A stretch of DNA of 64,000 bases from an uncultured virus (IMG/VR IMGVR_UViG_3300028746_000001) (IMGVR_UViG_3300028746_000001); one strand, 5' to 3'. Positions 20,187 to 29,394 are shown, counted from the stretch's first letter. Numbers and translations are program-made. The notes: a model not told the origin generated them from the letters alone.

Positions 20187-20935
20187 TGGGTACTCGCTCA
20201 GCAGTTCTCGCGGCACTCGCTGCGCTTCTCTCAGGTGACGGGGCGGGCAATGTACTGCTCGACCAGTCCCCGCCCCAGTTTGATAACTCGCTGAAGCTGG
20301 CGACCACTGCCGCAATGGTTCGGCAGGGTCTGCAAGCCTCGGGGATCTTCTCGTTCAATGTCAATACGGCATTGACAGCGGCTCATATGGGAGGCGTTGC
20401 TTATTCATATGGTGCAAGCGCATTAGCATTCAATCTTCCTCCCGCTGGGTCGTCTGCTTTCCCGTTGGGCTCCAAGATCAGCGTTTTGAATGCAGGGGCG
20501 CAGTCGCTGACGGTTACTCCTGTCGGCAGTGACAAAATTAATATCGGCGGCCTTACCCCTGCTAACGTCATTGTTCAACCCCAAGACACAGTTGATTTCA
20601 CCTGGAACGGCGGGTCATGGTTCGTTACGGGTGGCAGCGCAATGTTGGCTAACTCGGGGCTGTTCGCTGCATCTTTAGGTACCACCGGATATCAAAAACT
20701 GCCTGGCGGTTTAATTATTCAGTGGGGTACGTCGACTGTCGCCTCAACCGGAACCGCCGTCACATTCCCGATTGCCTTCACGAATGCAACCCTCAACGCG
20801 GGGATCACTCTTTTTGGGTCTACTTCGGCGACGGTTGCCTATGCATCACTCAGTTCTATTTCTTCCAAAACCGGTATGACGCTTTACTGCAATACCGCCT
20901 CCCAGTCGGCACTTTGGTTTGCAATCGGATACTAA
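20186..20935 (+). CDS. Second short tail fibre / receptor-binding protein
   Basis: QFDNSLKLATT and GYQKLPGGLIIQWG...AIGY; paralogous to the distal part of the first fibre. Confidence 0.8.
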   Translation: MGTRSAVLAALAALLSGDGAGNVLLDQSPPQFDNSLKLATTAAMVRQGLQASGIFSFNVNTALTAAHMGGVAYSYGASALAFNLPPAGSSAFPLGSKISVLNAGAQSLTVTPVGSDKINIGGLTPANVIVQPQDTVDFTWNGGSWFVTGGSAMLANSGLFAASLGTTGYQKLPGGLIIQWGTSTVASTGTAVTFPIAFTNATLNAGITLFGSTSATVAYASLSSISSKTGMTLYCNTASQSALWFAIGY

Positions 20936-20937
20936 TC

Positions 20938-21669
20938 ATGGGTCAAAAATCCGCAGCATATAACGCGCAAGGCGCGATCACGGCATACTACGACTCGGTT
21001 GATAGTCCCGTTCCGGCTGGCGTCAATGCGATCGACATCACTGAAGCGCAATGGCAGACGTGTATTTCGACGCAAGGCTATACGGTGGAGAACGGCGTGC
21101 TTGTCGCGCCTGTTCCGCCGAACGAAGCAGAGTTGCTCGCTGCTGCGCAGGCGGCTCAATCCGCTGTTTTGTCGGCTGCCTGCGCAGCGGCCATCGTCGC
21201 TGGGTTCCAATCATCGGCGCTCGGAACTCCGTACACCTATCCGGCTAAGACGACGGACCAACAGAACCTCTCTGCTTCGATCATCGCGGCGCTACTCGCC
21301 AACGGTTCGGCCATGCCGTGGATGGCCGATACGGTGTTGGAGGCGGGGCAGATCGTTGCTACTGGCGGCCAGCTTTATACGTGCGTGGTTTCGGGTCCGA
21401 CGGGTTCGGCAGCCCCGGCGTGGCCTACGGCGGCCGGTCGGATCGTCAATGACGGCGGGGCGCAGTGGGAACTCTGGACTACGCCGTTCTGGTGCGAAGA
21501 CGCGGCTGGAAATTGGGCGTTTGTGAACCACACGTCGCCGCAGATTCAGAAGGTCGGCGTCGATGCGAAGCAGGCCATTCTCGCCAGCATGGCAACCAAC
21601 GTTTATCTCGCAACGCAGGTCGCCGAAGCGACGACGGTTGCTGCTGTGCAAGCTATCGTTTGGCCGTAA
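20938..21669 (+). CDS. Tail fibre assembly protein with CBM-like insert
   Basis: ATG at 20938; GFQSSALG.PYTYP...DQQNL...FWC...H...QIQKVG pattern. Confidence 0.7.
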   Translation: MGQKSAAYNAQGAITAYYDSVDSPVPAGVNAIDITEAQWQTCISTQGYTVENGVLVAPVPPNEAELLAAAQAAQSAVLSAACAAAIVAGFQSSALGTPYTYPAKTTDQQNLSASIIAALLANGSAMPWMADTVLEAGQIVATGGQLYTCVVSGPTGSAAPAWPTAAGRIVNDGGAQWELWTTPFWCEDAAGNWAFVNHTSPQIQKVGVDAKQAILASMATNVYLATQVAEATTVAAVQAIVWP

Positions 21670-21690
21670 TCGTGACGTGAGGATGCACCT

Positions 21691-21978
21691 ATGGCTCTCA
21701 TAGGTGCATCCATGTCTCGATATCTCTGGAACCTCCTCCTGCTTCTGGATCAGTCCGTCAACACGGTCACTGGCCCGCTCTTGAACCTCATCCTGCGCCC
21801 TGTTGCTACGGCTCGCTTCGGCGCTCCCGGCGAAACGCTGTCGTCCGTATTCGGTAAGAACGTGGATGCGGACGCGTGCTCTGGCTGCAAATTAATTTGC
21901 AAGATCCTCAATCTGATTCAGTCCGGCCATTGCCAAAAAAGCATTGAACCGTATGAGGGTTCGGACGCTGATTCGTGA
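21691..21978 (+). CDS. Conserved phage hypothetical protein
   Basis: YLWNLL..LDQ..N...G.P.ETLSS..G...C..L....GHC pattern. Confidence 0.7.
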   Translation: MALIGASMSRYLWNLLLLLDQSVNTVTGPLLNLILRPVATARFGAPGETLSSVFGKNVDADACSGCKLICKILNLIQSGHCQKSIEPYEGSDADS

Positions 21979-22053
21979 TGTCAGCATGTAATTCAAGCCG
22001 CAGGGCGCCGATCAATCGCGCCCTGCCTTGACGACTTGCTTCCGGAACTTGAA

Positions 22054-22473
22054 ATGGATTGGATCGCCTCATCGCCGTACGTTTGCCTCGCCCTGACTGC
22101 GGTTATGGGCGTGGGGGCTTATTTTTTTACCCGCCTCCAAAAGGAAGTGGACCGGCAACAAACGAAGGCTGAGACGCTGGACAAGAACTTCGAGAACGCC
22201 ATGCTTGCGCTTCGGACGGACTTCTCGAATCAGATCAACACCGTGCGGAACGACTCCACAAATCAACTCAGCGCTCTCCGTGACAATCTCGCCTCTCACC
22301 GTCTCCACGTCGCTGAAACCTACGTGACAAATGACGGGCTCACGAAGGCCGTCTCGAACCTGAACACCACGATTGAACGGCTTATTGAAGTCGTAAATTC
22401 CAGCGCGCAGGAGACCCGCACAGTGGTCTCCGAAATGCATCGCCGCATCGATAGCAAGGCCGATAAATCATGA
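22054..22473 (+). CDS. Single-TM coiled-coil protein (holin/antiholin candidate)
   Basis: N-terminal hydrophobic helix; overlaps the endolysin start. Confidence 0.5.
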   Translation: MDWIASSPYVCLALTAVMGVGAYFFTRLQKEVDRQQTKAETLDKNFENAMLALRTDFSNQINTVRNDSTNQLSALRDNLASHRLHVAETYVTNDGLTKAVSNLNTTIERLIEVVNSSAQETRTVVSEMHRRIDSKADKS

Positions 22474-23120
22474 TCCTGTCTATTGCAAATCTCCAAGCGG
22501 GATGCGGAGCCAATTCAGCCAACGCTGCCAAGTGGCTTTCTTTCATCCAGGCCGCGTGCGACGCGTACCAGATCAATACCCCGCTGCGCCTCGCTGCTTT
22601 CCTCGCGACTATCGGCGTCGAATCGGAATACCTGACGACGGCTCAGGAGAATCTCAATTACAGCGCTCAGGGTCTCGCCGACACGTGGCCGCACCTGTTT
22701 GCCATTAACGGAGCGCCGAACGTCCTGGCGAACCAATACGCGCACCAGCCTGTGAAGATCGCGAACACGGCCTATGCCAACGAAAACGGCAATGGGCCGG
22801 TGGCGAGTGGTGACGGATACAACTTCCGGGGGCAGGGCCTCATTCAACTGACGGGCCGCTCGAACTACTCGCTCGCGATGATGGGCTTGAGCCTTGATCT
22901 TCTGGAGCATCCGGAACTGCTGCAGATCCCAGCGAACGCAGCGCTCGTGTCCGGGTGGTTCTGGTCGAACGGGAATTTGAACGCGCTGGCCGATTCCAGG
23001 CAGTTCACGGCGATCTGCAAATACGTGAACTGCGGAAACCCGAATTCGCCCACCACGCCGAACAACATGCCTGAGCGCCTCGCGCTCTACGCCGCGGCAT
23101 GCACGTCACTGGGGTGCTGA
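22470..23120 (+). CDS. Glycoside hydrolase family 19 endolysin
   Basis: RLAAFLA.IG.ES, ENLNYS, GDGYNFRGQGLIQLTGRSNY. Confidence 0.92.
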   Translation: MILSIANLQAGCGANSANAAKWLSFIQAACDAYQINTPLRLAAFLATIGVESEYLTTAQENLNYSAQGLADTWPHLFAINGAPNVLANQYAHQPVKIANTAYANENGNGPVASGDGYNFRGQGLIQLTGRSNYSLAMMGLSLDLLEHPELLQIPANAALVSGWFWSNGNLNALADSRQFTAICKYVNCGNPNSPTTPNNMPERLALYAAACTSLGC

Positions 23121-23121
23121 T

Positions 23122-23478
23122 ATGTGGGGATTCGTCAACCAGTTAATTCCGCGCTTCCCGCGTCTGGCGATGGTTATGCGGCATATCACCACGGAATCCG
23201 ATGGTGAGTCGTATGACTTGGTCCGTGTTCTGGCGTTTGCCTTCGGTCTGAGTTTCGCCATTGGCGGCATGGGCGGCATTGGTTTGATCGTAGCGTGGGG
23301 CCTCTACCAGTTCATGCACCACACGCTCGATGTGGGGGTCTTCTCAACGGCCCTCGCGACATTTTTCGGGGCGTTCGCCGCAGGCTGCGCAACGCTTATC
23401 CCCGCCATCGGGTTCGCGCTCGCGAAGCGCGCGCAAGGTGAGGGGCCTAGTAAGCCTGATGACAGGGGTAATCAATGA
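23122..23478 (+). CDS. Membrane protein, holin candidate
   Basis: Two hydrophobic segments; inside the lysis cassette. Confidence 0.55.
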   Translation: MWGFVNQLIPRFPRLAMVMRHITTESDGESYDLVRVLAFAFGLSFAIGGMGGIGLIVAWGLYQFMHHTLDVGVFSTALATFFGAFAAGCATLIPAIGFALAKRAQGEGPSKPDDRGNQ

Positions 23479-23966
23479 GCATCATTTGGGGATTTATCGT
23501 TTCTCACTGGCTTCATGCGCTGATCGGCGGTGGCGTTACGACGCTGCTCGGAATCGGTCTGCGCGCGCTTGGCTGGCCGGCGATCGTGAAGTATTGGAAG
23601 GACATTGTTGTGTTCGTGCTCCTAGTTTTGACGCTTGTGTTCGTGCTGATGCTGTACATCAAGCTCAAGGACACGGAAGCAGACGAGGCGAAGTACAAGG
23701 CCAACTTCGAGACCATTCAAGGCCAAGCCGAGACGGTCAACGCCGACAACCTGAATCTCGTCAAGCAGTTGAACGCTCAGAGTGACTCGATCACTCAAGC
23801 CGCGCAGGACGCGCTCGCGGTGCAGGCGACTGCGAAGCTGGCTCTGGCCGCCGCGCAGGCGAAGCAGGCGGCGGACGCCGGGACGATTGCCAAGCTGCAG
23901 GCTCGTGCAGCAACGAACGAAGGGAGTTGCGACGATGAAATCACTATTTTGCGTTCTGGTTTGTAG
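23475..23966 (+). CDS. i-spanin (Rz-like)
   Basis: N-terminal TM segments followed by coiled coil. Confidence 0.7.
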   Translation: MSIIWGFIVSHWLHALIGGGVTTLLGIGLRALGWPAIVKYWKDIVVFVLLVLTLVFVLMLYIKLKDTEADEAKYKANFETIQGQAETVNADNLNLVKQLNAQSDSITQAAQDALAVQATAKLALAAAQAKQAADAGTIAKLQARAATNEGSCDDEITILRSGL

Positions 23967-24246
23967 CCTGCTGCTGGGGGCGTGCGGCGCTGCGCCGACG
24001 GCTCCCCCGCTGATGGACGTTAAAACCGTGCCCGTGACGAAGGAAGTTCCGGTCCCGTGCGTGCCCATGATCCCGCAACCGTCTCAGGCACTCCTGAATG
24101 ACAACGACCTGCTCGCCGGGTCGGGGTCGCAGGTCGCGGATAAGTTGTGGATCGATCACAAGGTTCGTTCGGACTGGGATGCCGAACTGCTCGTCTTGGT
24201 GACGGGCTGCTCAAAACTACCGCCGCAGCCTGCCGCGCTCCAGTAG
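23935..24246 (+). CDS. o-spanin lipoprotein (Rz1-like)
   Basis: MKSLFCVLVCSLLLGA-C lipobox; Pro-rich; overlaps the i-spanin end. Confidence 0.75.
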   Translation: MKSLFCVLVCSLLLGACGAAPTAPPLMDVKTVPVTKEVPVPCVPMIPQPSQALLNDNDLLAGSGSQVADKLWIDHKVRSDWDAELLVLVTGCSKLPPQPAALQ

Positions 24247-24480
24247 CGTCTGGCACTCGACGCACAAATGCCGCCCCATGGCACGACGCAGGGGCGGCAA
24301 ACCCTCACCGCAGTCATCCTCCAGCGCAATGCCCTTCACGGGCTTAGCAGCGCGCCCGGTGCAAGTCGCCGGTCCATACTCCCAATCACCTTCTGCGAAC
24401 GTCTGCGCGGCCTCGCGCGGCCTGTTATTGAGCGCCCAATCCATAGCCTCATGGTTCTGCGCAATGTCTTCCTGACTCAT
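24217..24480 (-). CDS. TraR/DksA-family C4 zinc-finger protein
   Basis: EDIAQ..E N-terminus; C...CGEGLPPLRR.....CVECQ. Confidence 0.75.
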   Translation of the reverse strand: MSQEDIAQNHEAMDWALNNRPREAAQTFAEGDWEYGPATCTGRAAKPVKGIALEDDCGEGLPPLRRAMGRHLCVECQTLLERGRLRR

Positions 24481-24696
24481 TCTCTTTCTGCCGTGTTGTG
24501 AGGCCCCGTGGCCTCTATCGTTATTCTGTGGTCCCGAATTATTCGGGTCTCAGGTATGCGTGTTTTAGCTCAGGGATCGATCGGGCTGTCTTGTATGCGG
24601 CACTAAGAGAAGTTGCCGGGACCGTGACGCGGGCCTCAATTTCAAGCGTGACCGCCCCGCGCGCCTCGCGCTTGGTGGCAATGATTACGAACGTCT

Positions 24697-24963
24697 TCAT
24701 CCTTCAAATGCCCTCTTAATTTCCTTGGCATTCAGACCAGCCACAACGCATCCGGCTTCGGTCGCGTGGTAATACATCATGCCGCTCGGCGAGGTCTTGC
24801 CCTTTACTGCCAGCCCCGCGAACTCAAGGCGCTGCATGGCCTCATGGGCGGGGCCGCCGCTGGTCGCGTAATAGTTCCGGTATCCACGGTCGCGCTTCTT
24901 TACGTCTTCCGTTGCGCCGAGCATGTGCTTCAGCTTTTTCAAATCGTCTGGCTGTATCTTCAT
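24697..24963 (-). CDS. Hypothetical protein
   Basis: MKIQPDDL... with GYRNYY motif, in a minus-strand gene run. Confidence 0.55.
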   Translation of the reverse strand: MKIQPDDLKKLKHMLGATEDVKKRDRGYRNYYATSGGPAHEAMQRLEFAGLAVKGKTSPSGMMYYHATEAGCVVAGLNAKEIKRAFEG

Positions 24964-25294
24964 GGTTACTTGGCCTCGCGGTTGATTTGCGCGCGGATTC
25001 GGTCGATAAGCGGGGAGTTCGTGCGATTGCACAGCTTGACGAGGCAAGAGCGGCGCTTGTCATGGCGGTAGAACTGCACCGTGCCATCGGCCCATGCGCG
25101 ACGTGTGTACGTTCCAGCGCCAACCTGGATATCGATTTGCTCAGTCATTACGGGGGTTTTTCTCTTCACGGCACGGCTCCTCGTTTCTGCGTGAAAAGAA
25201 TAATACCCCATAAATCTGCGTCTAGGGAAGAATGCTGTACAAAAAAATGCACGCCGGGCGCGGGGCCTGCGGCGTGCATTTTCCTTCGCCCTTT

Positions 25295-25513
25295 TTACTG
25301 TCCCGCGAAGCTGGGTGGGTCGGCGGTATCCATCCATATTTGCCGCGCCAGCGCCTCAAGCAGGTCAGGCAGCCGCAGTTGCGTTTCGAGGTCGGCTTGC
25401 ACCGAAAAGCCAGATCCTTTCTCACCGTCGATCACCAGGACGAGTGCGCCGGCCGCGCCAGCTTCCTCGCGCACGATCGTGCAGAGGCGGTCGTATTTCC
25501 CGTGGTCTATCAT
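25295..25513 (-). CDS. Hypothetical protein
   Basis: Start overlaps the upstream stop codon. Confidence 0.55.
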   Translation of the reverse strand: MIDHGKYDRLCTIVREEAGAAGALVLVIDGEKGSGFSVQADLETQLRLPDLLEALARQIWMDTADPPSFAGQ

Positions 25514-25737
25514 TTGAGGAAATGCTGCATGACGCCGGTCGCCAGAATGAGCGTGAAGCCGACCGCGTACAGCTTGTTGCTCAGGCGAGCCTCGGCAGCG
25601 TCGATATCAGCCTTGGTCGCGACGTGATCGCCGAGCGCATCGTTGAGCGCTTCGGCTATGGCATCGGCCTGTTTTGGGTCCATGGTCTCGCGCAGGCGCT
25701 TCGCGAGTTTGAGCGTGTCGATGATGGCTGCTGTCAT
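25510..25737 (-). CDS. DUF1640-like small membrane-anchored protein
   Basis: DTLKLAKRL...QADAIA...ATKADI plus a C-terminal TM helix. Confidence 0.65.
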   Translation of the reverse strand: MTAAIIDTLKLAKRLRETMDPKQADAIAEALNDALGDHVATKADIDAAEARLSNKLYAVGFTLILATGVMQHFLK

Positions 25738-25790
25738 GATGTTTTATTCAAATTTGACATAATTTAAGTTATCAACAAATTAGGGCACAA

Positions 25791-26012
25791 TCATTCGAGC
25801 GGTCTAATTAGCGCCTTTATTCTCAATCGGTCTTCGCTCGTCGCCTCGGATTCCACCAGCGACAGCCACATGAAATACGCGCCGAACGCCCAATCGCGCT
25901 TCATGATCTTACTGCTCTGACTGATTTCCTTATCGACTTCAGCCATCGACTTGGTGATCTGCCGCTCAACCTCGGCCGTCAGTTCTTCATAGCTCCACGT
26001 TCTCAGGCCCAT
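25791..26012 (-). CDS. Hypothetical protein
   Basis: GAGG RBS, compact ORF. Confidence 0.55.
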   Translation of the reverse strand: MGLRTWSYEELTAEVERQITKSMAEVDKEISQSSKIMKRDWAFGAYFMWLSLVESEATSEDRLRIKALIRPLE

Positions 26013-26021
26013 CGCCGCCTC

Positions 26022-26324
26022 TCAGTTGCTGGGTGAACGACACCACCAGGATTGCATGTAGGCGATGCCAGAGACTATCTCGAACCCCGTGAGCACGAAC
26101 CCGTTCGGCCCCATCCACGATAACGCCACATCATGCAACTCTGGAAACGGCTGGCGCACGTTCATTTCTGGAATTTGAAACCGCGCAATGCTCGTGGATC
26201 GGTTGAGGTACTCGGACACCTCACTCACCACGACCATGTCGCCAGTGGCTGACTGAGCCGTTTGGACTTCCTGATGCGACAGTGCTCTGCCAAGCCGGAA
26301 CCGCGGGGTCACCTTGTAAATCAT
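26022..26324 (-). CDS. Hypothetical protein
   Basis: MIYKVT...FVLTGFE...YMQSWWC. Confidence 0.55.
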   Translation of the reverse strand: MIYKVTPRFRLGRALSHQEVQTAQSATGDMVVVSEVSEYLNRSTSIARFQIPEMNVRQPFPELHDVALSWMGPNGFVLTGFEIVSGIAYMQSWWCRSPSN

Positions 26325-26332
26325 CGCGCGTC

Positions 26333-26548
26333 TCAGTAGTTTGAGTCCAGCCACGCTTTGGCCCAATCGACCCCTCGCGTTCTGGCGGCAACCTCAGTGT
26401 CGTAATACCCGATATCCGTAAAGTTGAATATCTGCCCTGAATCCTCGTCTTCCCATGGGCCGCGCTCAACCTCTACCCACGCATGCCAAAGATGCCCTTT
26501 CCGTTCTGGCACAGAATCTATTGTCCACTCTCTATGACTTAGCTTCAT
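26333..26548 (-). CDS. Hypothetical protein
   Basis: 71 aa ORF ending WAKAWLD. Confidence 0.55.
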   Translation of the reverse strand: MKLSHREWTIDSVPERKGHLWHAWVEVERGPWEDEDSGQIFNFTDIGYYDTEVAARTRGVDWAKAWLDSNY

Positions 26549-26584
26549 GTTGCCGCTCGCTCGCGCCCAATTTCTGCGGTCTGG

Positions 26585-26655
26585 TATTGGGACAAATTCC
26601 GATCACCGCTATTGGGACAATTTCCGATCATTCTTATTGGGACATTTCCCGATCA
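26585..26655. repeat. Three auxiliary iterons (21 bp, 25-bp period) downstream of rep
   Basis: TATTGGGACA(A/T)(A/T)T(T/C)CCGATCA at 26585, 26610 and 26635; reverse complement of the origin iterons. Confidence 0.9.
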
Positions 26656-27444
26656 AAACAGGTGCTGCTGAGCGCTGTTTCCGAACCGGAACTCAAGCCC
26701 GATAACCTTCCGGCCCGCTTTTCGGGTATCCCACTCGATTTTATAGCCGTCCTTTTCTGTCAGTTCCTTCACAGCGGGCTCAATAATCCGGCGTCGCATG
26801 TCCTTGAAGTTCTTCCGGCAGCTTTCGCTCGCGTCCATGGCGTGCGCGAACTCATCGATATCGATCCTGAGAAGCCCGGTGGACTTGAACTGAGCGATTA
26901 GCTCCAGCAGCCGCCAGGAAAACACTGAACGCAGCGCGGCGGCCTGAGACAGCTTGTATGACGTGAATTGCTCGCGCAAAAGCACCAAGTGCGGCACAAC
27001 CTCATGCCAGAAAGCGATCTCGATATAGCCCTCTCCGTTCGAATACGTCGCACGGCCGACCCAGCGCATTTTTTCCTGCTTTGGGCCTTTCGGGCCGGGC
27101 TTCTCGTAGCGAATCCATCGCTCTGAAAGCGTGCTCTCTGCCGCCTTCAGTTCCTCGTAGGCAGTCGTCGGGTCAATCTGGAACGTCTCGGCGAATTCCA
27201 GCGCGGAAATTCGCGCTACGAGAGGCTTATTCATGTCCGGAACGCGCTTGCTATCAATCTTCGAAATGCAGCAGGCCACAACGCGCTTCTCTGCCAGCGA
27301 CAGACCTTGTGCGGCACGAGTAAGGACGTTGCTCATATTGACATGGCGCTCTGACGCCGTAGCAGGTAATGCATCGGGAAGGGTTTCCGCGAGCGCAGAG
27401 ACAATCACTTCTGGCTCAGGGACAATGACTTCTGACAGGGTCAT
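26653..27444 (-). CDS. Plasmid replication initiator, Rep3/RepB family
   Basis: SNVLTRAAQGLSLAEKR..., FTSYKL, SWRLLELI, RRRIIEPAVKEL, GRKV; likely start ATG at 27444. Confidence 0.92.
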   Translation of the reverse strand: MTLSEVIVPEPEVIVSALAETLPDALPATASERHVNMSNVLTRAAQGLSLAEKRVVACCISKIDSKRVPDMNKPLVARISALEFAETFQIDPTTAYEELKAAESTLSERWIRYEKPGPKGPKQEKMRWVGRATYSNGEGYIEIAFWHEVVPHLVLLREQFTSYKLSQAAALRSVFSWRLLELIAQFKSTGLLRIDIDEFAHAMDASESCRKNFKDMRRRIIEPAVKELTEKDGYKIEWDTRKAGRKVIGLEFRFGNSAQQHLF

Positions 27445-27452
27445 GGGCAATG

Positions 27453-27484
27453 AAATGGGACAAGTTAGGTACGATGTCCCATTT
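27453..27484. promoter_or_regulatory. Inverted iteron half-sites (Rep autoregulation operator)
   Basis: AAATGGGACA-N12-TGTCCCATTT just upstream of the rep ATG. Confidence 0.75.
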
Positions 27485-27541
27485 GTACCTTGGAGTCTGA
27501 AAAACGTCAACGTTTTCCACGGCTTACGGCTCAATTTTGGC

Positions 27542-27737
27542 TGTGGATAACGACCGGAAATTGTCCCAATAGAAAATTTGCGAGCCCGGAATTTGTCCCC
27601 CTATGACCGGGTTTTGTACACCAATGACCGGAACTTGTCCCAATAGCACCCCGCAAAGCCTTACCCAGTAAGGCTTCCAGCCTTTTAAAAACGGTTTAAA
27701 AACGTCTTAAAAAACGCACGCGGAGAGCTGTGGACAA
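27542..27737. other. Iteron-type origin of replication
   Basis: DnaA box TGTGGATAA (27542); four 21-bp iterons GACCGGAAnTTGTCCCAATAG-like (27552, 27584, 27605, 27626); AT-rich TTAAAAACG-like repeats (27683-27716); second box TGTGGACAA (27729). Confidence 0.9.
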
Positions 27738-27824
27738 CCGTCGGTTAGCACGGTCTCCCGCGCGTGGGCGTCGAGACTCATCCTGTCATCAACCGTTTTG
27801 AAAGGCGGCTTGCAAGGGGGGCGG

Positions 27825-28142
27825 TCATTCGTGGCCGTGCTTCTTTTTCAGCCTTGCCAGTTCGGCACGCGCCCCGGCTTGGACGATTTCGGTTATCGGG
27901 ATGCCGGAAAGCTTCGAAAAATCGCTTATTTCCCAAAACAGAGCTTCGTCCATTCGGAGGTTGACTGGGCGAGTCGCCGGTTTTCGGGGGAATTTGGGAA
28001 ATCCGGGGCTCACAGCAGCCTCGCGGCCCTCCCCTGCACCGCTGGCCTCAACTGGCTCGTTCGAGGCCGCTGGGGGCGATTCTGCGGCGAGCACAAAGTC
28101 CATTGGGTTCCGGAAACCGCCCTTCTTGTCTGCGGCGCTCAT
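27825..28142 (-). CDS. Ribbon-helix-helix partition protein (ParG-like)
   Basis: C-terminal PVNLRMDEAL...ITEIV; coupled to parA. Confidence 0.75.
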   Translation of the reverse strand: MSAADKKGGFRNPMDFVLAAESPPAASNEPVEASGAGEGREAAVSPGFPKFPRKPATRPVNLRMDEALFWEISDFSKLSGIPITEIVQAGARAELARLKKKHGHE

Positions 28143-28819
28143 TCTGCGACCTCCTCTTCCTCGTCGGCTAATACCGGGTTTTCAATGATGCGGCTAAGCG
28201 CGACCATTTCATCAATAGCCTTGGGGTCTGGCGAACTGAATTCGGTCACCGCGCGCCCTTCGCTCGCGACCATGCGAAAAGCCTTCCGCTCACTGAGAAA
28301 CGTCTTCAAAAGGCGGTATTGCTTGAGCCCTGAGAGGGACTCGCGCATATCGGCGGCCTCGCTCGAATGCGCGTTTGTCGGCACGCGATTCATGATCGCG
28401 ACGGCCTTGAGATCGTGGTTGAATCCGCGCGCCTGCTCCACGAGCCTGTCCATTTTTGCGAATGTGTAAATATCAAACTGGCTCGTCTGCGCCGGCGTGA
28501 CGATAATCCCGGCCACCAGCATCGCGCTCCGAACCTCTGGTGAGTCGGCTCCGCGCGTGTCGATGATGATGTCATCGTACTTCGGGATAAGCGCCCTCAC
28601 CTGCGAGTCAAGCCTCTCGCCAAAGATGGAGACGCACGTGATGGCGGGCTTAACCTCCTCTGCGGCACGGATGTTCACCCATAACGTCGCGGACGCTTGC
28701 GTGTCCGCGTCTACCAGCAGCACGTCGCGCCCCTTGCCGGCCAGCATTGCAGCGTAGCTGACCGCCAAGGTGCTTTTCCCACTGCCGCCCTTCTCCCCGC
28801 CAAACAGGACAACACTCAT
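28139..28819 (-). CDS. parA: ParA partition ATPase (type Ib)
   Basis: KGGSGKST, LLVDADTQ, YDDIIIDT; no N-terminal HTH. Confidence 0.93.
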   Translation of the reverse strand: MSVVLFGGEKGGSGKSTLAVSYAAMLAGKGRDVLLVDADTQASATLWVNIRAAEEVKPAITCVSIFGERLDSQVRALIPKYDDIIIDTRGADSPEVRSAMLVAGIIVTPAQTSQFDIYTFAKMDRLVEQARGFNHDLKAVAIMNRVPTNAHSSEAADMRESLSGLKQYRLLKTFLSERKAFRMVASEGRAVTEFSSPDPKAIDEMVALSRIIENPVLADEEEEVAE

Positions 28820-28914
28820 GTTTTTCTCCTCTGTTTAGGAGTTTGCATGCTAGTGTATTTTTGCTTGGCAAGCAAATATGACTCGGCAGCGTCCGTAAAG
28901 CTTTACAGCTTTCT

Positions 28915-29394
28915 TTACAGACAGGCAGTAGGAACAGGGGCTATAAGGCCCTTCAGCATCAGACGCCCGCGTGATTCATGCATGCCTGCGGTGAACCGGT
29001 CTTCGACGTAATCAAGCGTCATGCCTGCGGGGCGAGGGTGCTGACGATCGTACACGCAATGACACCAGAAACACGCGTATGCGCCCCATTCGTCATCCGC
29101 CTTCATGCCGCCGCCCTTGCCGTGCTCGCCGCGGTTCGAGTGCGCCCACACGACGTTCCCGTCTTCTACCTTGCACACGCCCGCCAGGCGCAGCGTGCAG
29201 GTCTCGTGCCGCGCGCTCTGGCGGATCGGCGTGGCCTTCGGGCGGCTCGTCTTCAGCGTGGAGCGGGGCTTCGGCTTTACCTTGGGCTCGCCGGCGGCCT
29301 TGGTGACCGCCGTCTTAGACATGGGACTCTTACGCTTGAAGCTGCTGCGCGCAAGTCCCTTGCCGGGGCGCTTGAAAGTGCTGTTAAACGGCAC
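28915..29394 (-). CDS. DUF1364/YbcO-like nuclease
   Basis: SAR...CTLRL.GVC....VVWAH...GMKADD..GAYAC..CH..YD. Confidence 0.75.
   Translation of the reverse strand: MPFNSTFKRPGKGLARSSFKRKSPMSKTAVTKAAGEPKVKPKPRSTLKTSRPKATPIRQSARHETCTLRLAGVCKVEDGNVVWAHSNRGEHGKGGGMKADDEWGAYACFWCHCVYDRQHPRPAGMTLDYVEDRFTAGMHESRGRLMLKGLIAPVPTACL

Noticed and set aside
17778..21669. Invertible or DGR-diversified tail fibre
   Set aside because: Both fibre tips are on the same strand, no inverted crossover sites were seen, the resolvase is 34 kb away, and there is no reverse transcriptase or template repeat
26585..27646. Short direct repeats as a CRISPR array
   Set aside because: Spacers are only 0-11 bp, the repeats flank a Rep3 gene with DnaA boxes, and there is no cas operon; they are iterons
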